Source of the DNA: an uncultured Nitrospiraceae bacterium
Lineage (GTDB): Bacteria; Nitrospirota; Thermodesulfovibrionia; Thermodesulfovibrionales; Dissulfurispiraceae
Direction: 5' to 3'
Assembly: GCA_963705105.1 (NCBI GenBank)
Contig: CAVPIW010000006.1
Span: 256,001 to 320,000, forward strand
DNA: 64,000 nt
The translations under genes were made by a program, and so were the position numbers. Shown in pieces: positions 59,058 through 64,000 of this stretch; within the stretch, counting starts at the first letter, position 1; every line of letters starts with the position of its first letter. The notes under the pieces are model-generated. The model had not been told where the DNA came from and did no database searches. It worked only from the letters and a program-made list of their open reading frames with translations.

Positions 59058-59777
59058 ATGTATAAAGGCATGTATGTCGCGATGGCCGGATCGCTCCTCA
59101 GGAGCCAGGAGCTTGACAATATTTCAAACAATCTCGCCAATGTGAGCACCACGGGATACAAGAGGATGTCCTTCTCTTCACGCTTTTACCCCCTGCTCGA
59201 GGGGCTGGCGGCAAAAGAAGACAGCTTCTTCCCGGGTGCGCGATCAATGGCGACAGCGACTGATGTCGTCATCGACAGCGCCGACGGCATCCTGAAAACG
59301 ACGGGCAATTCACTCGATCTCGCCATCAGGGGAGAGGGTTTCTTTGTCGTCCTGGAGAAAGGCCAGAAATATTACACCAGGAACGGGTCCTTCGCCCTTG
59401 ACAAGGACGGTTTTGTCGTCACGCCACGGGGAGGAAAAGTGCTCGACGGCAAAGACAAGCCGATAAAGCCCGGCGATGGGCCCATCACGATCAACGGTGA
59501 AGGAACGGTCACCGTCAACGGGACCGTTTCAGGAAAGATCAAGCTTGTAAAGATCGAGGACCTTCGCTACAGCGGCGATTCCCTCTTTACCGGCAGGGAG
59601 ACCGGTCCTGCGAAAGGCGATATGGTCCAGGGCAGCGTCGAGATGTCGAATGTGAATCCCATCAGGGAAATGGTCGGCATCATTAATGCTGTGCGTCAGT
59701 ATGAAATGGCCCAAAGGGTCATGCAGAGCTTCAACGAACTCACGCAGAGGACTGTGACGGAAATCGCGAAAGTTTGA
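59058..59777 (+). CDS. flgF: Flagellar basal-body rod protein FlgF
   Basis: SNNLANVSTTGYK, TGN.LDLAI.GEGFF, YTRNGSF, E.SNVN.I.EM; precedes flgG. Confidence 0.9.
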   Translation: MYKGMYVAMAGSLLRSQELDNISNNLANVSTTGYKRMSFSSRFYPLLEGLAAKEDSFFPGARSMATATDVVIDSADGILKTTGNSLDLAIRGEGFFVVLEKGQKYYTRNGSFALDKDGFVVTPRGGKVLDGKDKPIKPGDGPITINGEGTVTVNGTVSGKIKLVKIEDLRYSGDSLFTGRETGPAKGDMVQGSVEMSNVNPIREMVGIINAVRQYEMAQRVMQSFNELTQRTVTEIAKV

Positions 59778-59812
59778 TGTTCCGTCATGATTCGGAGAAC
59801 GGGGGATAAATT

Positions 59813-60601
59813 ATGATACGATCACTCTTTACGGCGGCAACGGGAATGCAGGCACAGCAGCTCAACCTCGATGTCATTTCGAACAACCTGGCGAATGTCA
59901 ACACCGTCGGCTTCAAGAGGAGCCGCGCCGATTTTCAGGACCTCCTGTACAACGCAATAAAGGCCCCCGGCACTCCGTCCGGAGAAGGTGTGCAGGTCCC
60001 TTCGGGGATACAGGGTGGTCTGGGCGTGCGGCCCGTGGCTGTGCAGAAACTCTTCACCCAGGGGGATTTCATCAGCACCGGCAACGATCTCGACCTTGTC
60101 ATCGAGGGAGACGGATTCTTTCAGATCAGCCGTCCCGACGGGACGACGGCCTATACGAGGGGCGGAGCCTTCAAGATCGACCGCGACGGTCGTGTTGTCA
60201 ATTCGGACGGCTATCCTATTGAACCGGCCATTACCGTTCCTGCAGACACAACGAAAGTCGCCGTAGGCACAGACGGAAGGGTGAACGTCATCCAGTCGGG
60301 AAACCAGACGCCTGTCGAGATCGGCACGATCGAAATCGCCCGGTTCGTGAACCCTGCGGGACTCCAGGCCATCGGAAAGAACCTGTTCCTCCAGAGTGAG
60401 GCGTCCGGAGAGGCGACGACGGGAACGCCGGGCAGCGAGGGCAGGGGGAGTATCAATCAGGGATTCCTGGAGGTGTCCAACGTGAACGTCGTCGAGGAAC
60501 TGGCCAACCTGATCATCGCCCAGAGGGCCTTCGAATTCAACTCCAAGGCCCTGCAGGCCTCCGACGAGATGCTCCAGATCAGCGGGGCGCTGAAGAGATA
60601 G
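59813..60601 (+). CDS. flgG: Flagellar basal-body rod protein FlgG
   Basis: SL.TAATGM.AQQ...DVISNNLANVNT.GFK..RA.FQDLLY, LE.SNVNVVEE. Confidence 0.96.
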   Translation: MIRSLFTAATGMQAQQLNLDVISNNLANVNTVGFKRSRADFQDLLYNAIKAPGTPSGEGVQVPSGIQGGLGVRPVAVQKLFTQGDFISTGNDLDLVIEGDGFFQISRPDGTTAYTRGGAFKIDRDGRVVNSDGYPIEPAITVPADTTKVAVGTDGRVNVIQSGNQTPVEIGTIEIARFVNPAGLQAIGKNLFLQSEASGEATTGTPGSEGRGSINQGFLEVSNVNVVEELANLIIAQRAFEFNSKALQASDEMLQISGALKR

Positions 60602-60603
60602 GG

Positions 60604-61356
60604 GTGAGCATGATGGGAGGAAAGAGAGAGAGGACCGGACGCTCCGGGGTGGTGTTTGTCTTCCTGTCGGTCCTTGTGTTGCTATCCGGCTCCGTGCGGG
60701 CCGAGGCGGCAGGAGAAAAGGAAAAGATCATGGAGAGGATACGGCAGGCCGTCCAGACCTGTCTTCAAAAGGAGGTAAGCGGCGGCGCCGAGCTGACAGG
60801 ACTGAAGGTGGTCGAGGGCGTCGACCTCATCGATCGCAGCATGCATCTCGATGTAGACTCCGTCCATGTCCAGGGACAGAGCGGGCGCAACAGGATGCAC
60901 CTCGGCGTGGAGCTCACGGAGCGGTCATCGGGCGGAAAGATGAGTGTGCTTGTGGAAGCCTCGTACGATATCATGATCGACGTCTACGTCAGCACTCTTC
61001 CCCTGGCAAGGGGCACCGTGCTCTCGGAGGACCATGTCCACACGGTGCGCCTCCGCAATTCGAAAATCCCCGCGGGCGCCATTCTTTCAAGAGATGGATT
61101 TTTGGGCAAGGCGATCAGGTCGAACATCGCCGAGGGCATCGTCATCAGGACGGACCATCTCGTGACACAGGCAGCGGCGAAGAAGGGCCAGCGGGTCACG
61201 ATCATTCTCGAGGGCAGAAGCCTCGTCATCACCTCCAGGGGGGTCCTCCGGCAGGACGCCGTGATCGACGGAACGGCGAGGGTGCTGTGTGAGGCCACGA
61301 AGAAAGAGGTGGTCGGCACGCTGACATCGGAAGATACAGTGAGGGTTGAGCTATGA
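60604..61356 (+). CDS. flgA: Flagellar P-ring formation chaperone FlgA
   Basis: Signal peptide, SAF-like region (LARGTVL), KKGQRV.I...G; between flgG and flgH. Confidence 0.8.
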   Translation: MSMMGGKRERTGRSGVVFVFLSVLVLLSGSVRAEAAGEKEKIMERIRQAVQTCLQKEVSGGAELTGLKVVEGVDLIDRSMHLDVDSVHVQGQSGRNRMHLGVELTERSSGGKMSVLVEASYDIMIDVYVSTLPLARGTVLSEDHVHTVRLRNSKIPAGAILSRDGFLGKAIRSNIAEGIVIRTDHLVTQAAAKKGQRVTIILEGRSLVITSRGVLRQDAVIDGTARVLCEATKKEVVGTLTSEDTVRVEL

Positions 61357-62114
61357 GGACATATGCAATGAATAGGGGAAGAAGACGGTGCGGATGGTCA
61401 TACGACATTTTCGTGCTCAGATGCGGACTGCCGATCGTCGTCGCGGTGATCTGCATCGTCCTGACCGGTTGTTCGACGCTGAGGGATGCAAGGGAGATAA
61501 AGGAAGCGCCGATGCCGCCGAAATATGTGGAGAAAAAAGTCCCCGGGAGCGCGCCGGCCGAGGGCTCCCTCTGGGTGCACCGTGCGTCGCTTTTCGAGGA
61601 CAGCAAGGCGCGAAGGGTCAATGATCTCGTGACGATCCTCATCAGCGAGAAATCGACGGCGTCCAAAAAGGCGACGACCAAGGCGGACCGCGATTCCTCT
61701 GCCGAATACGGCATCAACGACCTCCTCGGACTGAAGTTCGGCGCAGGACTCCAGAGCCTCAACAACATCTATATTCCCAATACGATCTCGGGTAACGGGA
61801 AGTCGGAATTCGACGGAAAGGGCGATACGGCGAGAGAGGGGAAGCTGGGAGCGACGATCACCGCCAAGGTCATCGATGTCCTGCCGAACTCCAATCTCGT
61901 CATCGAGTCCCGGAAAGAGGTGGTCGTGAACAATGAAAAGGAGATCCTCGTCTTGCGGGGCATAGTGAGGCCGGAAGACATATCGCCGAAAAATACGGTC
62001 AGGTCGGACTACATTGCCGATGCACAGATCTATCTCGTCGGCGACGGTGTCCTCGACGACAAGCAGGCACAGGGATGGCTCGTGCGGATCGCCGACAAGG
62101 TCTGGCCCTTTTAG
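61353..62114 (+). CDS. flgH: Flagellar L-ring lipoprotein FlgH
   Basis: Lipobox LTGC, GSLW, LFED.KA..V.D.VTI, GIVRPEDI, GWL...WPF; true start may be downstream. Confidence 0.93.
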   Translation: MRTYAMNRGRRRCGWSYDIFVLRCGLPIVVAVICIVLTGCSTLRDAREIKEAPMPPKYVEKKVPGSAPAEGSLWVHRASLFEDSKARRVNDLVTILISEKSTASKKATTKADRDSSAEYGINDLLGLKFGAGLQSLNNIYIPNTISGNGKSEFDGKGDTAREGKLGATITAKVIDVLPNSNLVIESRKEVVVNNEKEILVLRGIVRPEDISPKNTVRSDYIADAQIYLVGDGVLDDKQAQGWLVRIADKVWPF

Positions 62115-62128
62115 TGACAGGGGATGAA

Positions 62129-63280
62129 ATGGCAACGAAGGGAACAACGCGGATGAACCGGAACGGCAGGGCACTGCGGATCTCTCTTCTCGCATGCATG
62201 ATGATCTCCTGGATCGTCTCCGATGCGGGCACGGCCATGGCTGTCAGGATCAAGGACGTCGCTTCGTTCTCCGGCGTCCGCGAGAACGAGCTGATCGGCT
62301 ACGGCATCGTCGTCGGACTGTTCGGAACGGGCGACAAGGAGGGGACCTATATCCTTCAGCCCTTCGCCAATATGCTCACGAAAATGGGGATAACGGTGAA
62401 CCCGGCCGAGTTGAAGGGCAAGGTGAAGAACATTGCCGCCGTGATCGTCACGGCAAAGCTGCCGACAATGACAAAGCCGGGATCGAAGGTCGATGTGAAC
62501 GTCGCATCGATCGGTGACGCCAAGAGCCTCCAGGGCGGGACTCTTCTCATGACGCCCCTCAGGGGACCCGATGACACGGTGTATGCCGTTGCGCAGGGAC
62601 CCATCGCAACGGGGGGATACGTCGGGGGAGGAGGAGGCAACGTGACCGTCAAGAATCACCCGAACGTCGGCGTCATCACCAACGGCGCCATCGTGGAGCG
62701 GGAAGTGCCGGTCAACCTGAACCGGAGGGACAGGCTCGAACTCCTCCTGGCGAGTCAGGATTTCACGGCGGCCAGGAGAATTGCGGAGAAAATCAATGAG
62801 CAGCAGGGCATGGATGCGGCGAGGGCCGACAGCCCCTCCCTCGTTTCGATCACCGTGCCGGAACAGCACCGTGAGCGGATCGTCGACTTCATGTCGTCCA
62901 TCGAGCTCCTGACCGTCGAGGTGGACGCGCCTGCAAGGGTGGTCGTCAACGAGCGGACGGGGACCGTCGTCATCGGGGAACATGTGACCATCAACCCCGT
63001 GGCCCTGGCCCATGGCGGTCTCACTATCGACATCAAGACCGACTATCAGGTGTCGCAGCCTGCGCCGTTCGCGCCGAAGCGGGCCCAGACGGTCGTTGTG
63101 CCCCAGACGGACGTGAAGACCGAGGAGAAGAAGGCCATGCTCATGGAGGTAAAAGGAGCTACAGTCGGCGAACTCGTCAAGGCCCTCAACACCCTCGGCG
63201 TCAGCCCCCGGGACCTCGTGGCGATCCTGCAGGCGATCAAGGTTGCCGGAAGCCTCAAGGCCCAACTGGTGGTCATGTGA
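62129..63280 (+). CDS. flgI: Flagellar P-ring protein FlgI
   Basis: RIKD....GVR.N.LIGYG.VVGL.GTGD, GDAKSLQGGTLLMT, VVVNERTGTVV. Confidence 0.95.
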   Translation: MATKGTTRMNRNGRALRISLLACMMISWIVSDAGTAMAVRIKDVASFSGVRENELIGYGIVVGLFGTGDKEGTYILQPFANMLTKMGITVNPAELKGKVKNIAAVIVTAKLPTMTKPGSKVDVNVASIGDAKSLQGGTLLMTPLRGPDDTVYAVAQGPIATGGYVGGGGGNVTVKNHPNVGVITNGAIVEREVPVNLNRRDRLELLLASQDFTAARRIAEKINEQQGMDAARADSPSLVSITVPEQHRERIVDFMSSIELLTVEVDAPARVVVNERTGTVVIGEHVTINPVALAHGGLTIDIKTDYQVSQPAPFAPKRAQTVVVPQTDVKTEEKKAMLMEVKGATVGELVKALNTLGVSPRDLVAILQAIKVAGSLKAQLVVM

Positions 63281-64000
63281 GAACAGTCGGCGCCATGAAC
63301 CCGGCCCTCCTGCATTCCCTGGGGCTCGAACGGGTGCAGAAGACCGATGCCGGCGGGGACCCCCGGGTCTTTGCACGGGAGATCGAAACGGTGCTCATCG
63401 GCGAGTTCCTTAAAATACTCCTTGAACAGACTTCTTTCGGCAAGGACAGGACGATATCCACCTACATGCCGTTCATCACGACGGAGGTCTCGCGGTCCCT
63501 TGCCGAAAGGGGAACGGGCATAGGAGATTTTTTTCTCCGGGGGCATCTTGCAGGGACGCTCACTCCTGCCGTGACGGGGCCGGCCCCCGAATCTCAATCT
63601 GCCGGGCAAGATGATGAGACTGTTCCTTCTGCCGGACAGACGGACGGTGAGGATACTCCTCAGCAGCCCGTCCTGTCCCTGCCTGTGCGGGGCAGGATCA
63701 CGTCTCCCTTCGGATTGAGGAAGGATCCCTTTCACGGGGGCCTGCGCAGCCATAGGGGCATCGACATCGGCGTTCCGGAAGGGACTCCCGTCAGGCCCGC
63801 CGCTCCCGGCCGGGTGGTCTTCAGCGGTTCCTCCTCAGGGTACGGCAACTGTGTCATCATCGAGCACGAAGACGGGATAGAGAGCCTGTATGCCCATACG
63901 GCGGTCAACTATGTGCAGGTAGGTGAAAGGGTGGACCGGGAGACGATCCTCGCATTATCAGGCAGTTCAGGGAGATCGACAGGCCCCCACCTGCACTTCG
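63277..64000 (+). CDS. FlgJ-like rod-binding domain fused to M23 peptidase (truncated by window end)
   Basis: Manual translation (GTG 63277 or ATG 63295): FAREIETVLIGEFLK...SRSLAERGTGIGD, acidic linker, ITSPFG.RKDPF...HRGID, GYGN.VIIEH, LYAH, GRSTGPHLHF. Confidence 0.85.
   Translation, partial: MRTVGAMNPALLHSLGLERVQKTDAGGDPRVFAREIETVLIGEFLKILLEQTSFGKDRTISTYMPFITTEVSRSLAERGTGIGDFFLRGHLAGTLTPAVTGPAPESQSAGQDDETVPSAGQTDGEDTPQQPVLSLPVRGRITSPFGLRKDPFHGGLRSHRGIDIGVPEGTPVRPAAPGRVVFSGSSSGYGNCVIIEHEDGIESLYAHTAVNYVQVGERVDRETILALSGSSGRSTGPHLHF

Overview
GC-rich bacterial chromosome segment. The L32 sequence and gene content suggest Nitrospirota/Thermodesulfovibrionia or a related deltaproteobacterium-like anaerobe (inference). 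Left to right: (1) paaK-ACT facing iorA, rpmF and yceD; (2) a ~14 kb signalling island of four PhnD-like periplasmic binding proteins with no ABC permease/ATPase, an orphan TolC, two hybrid histidine kinases and a REC-PAS-PAS-GGDEF-EAL protein; (3) a FleQ-like sigma54 activator lacking an N-terminal domain, a TPR protein and a FleS/FleR-like pair; (4) a flagellar cluster (flgBC-fliEFGHIJ-motE-like, fliK-flgDE, fliLMN-fliO/P fusion-fliQR-flhBAFG-fliA, flgFGAHI, rod-binding/M23 flgJ-like) with an embedded chemotaxis operon (HEAT-cheR-RR-cheY-cheA-cheW/cheZ fusion-SBP-MCP-cheB). Three observations stand out. First, a secreted CxxC/RAPP (DUF2946-like) leader ORF between flgE and fliL whose last codons are complementary to the Shine-Dalgarno of an unknown Cys/His-rich downstream gene, a candidate ribosome-arrest switch. 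Second, a MITE-like repeat family (ACC...GGT ends, mostly 2-bp flanking duplications, mosaic interiors, about 12 pieces in 64 kb), three copies of which rebuild the TAA stop codon they sit in. Third, the transporter-less TolC/binding-protein/kinase/c-di-GMP module. No rRNA, tRNA, CRISPR array or transposase was recognised. All calls are by-eye motif recognition; no searches were run.
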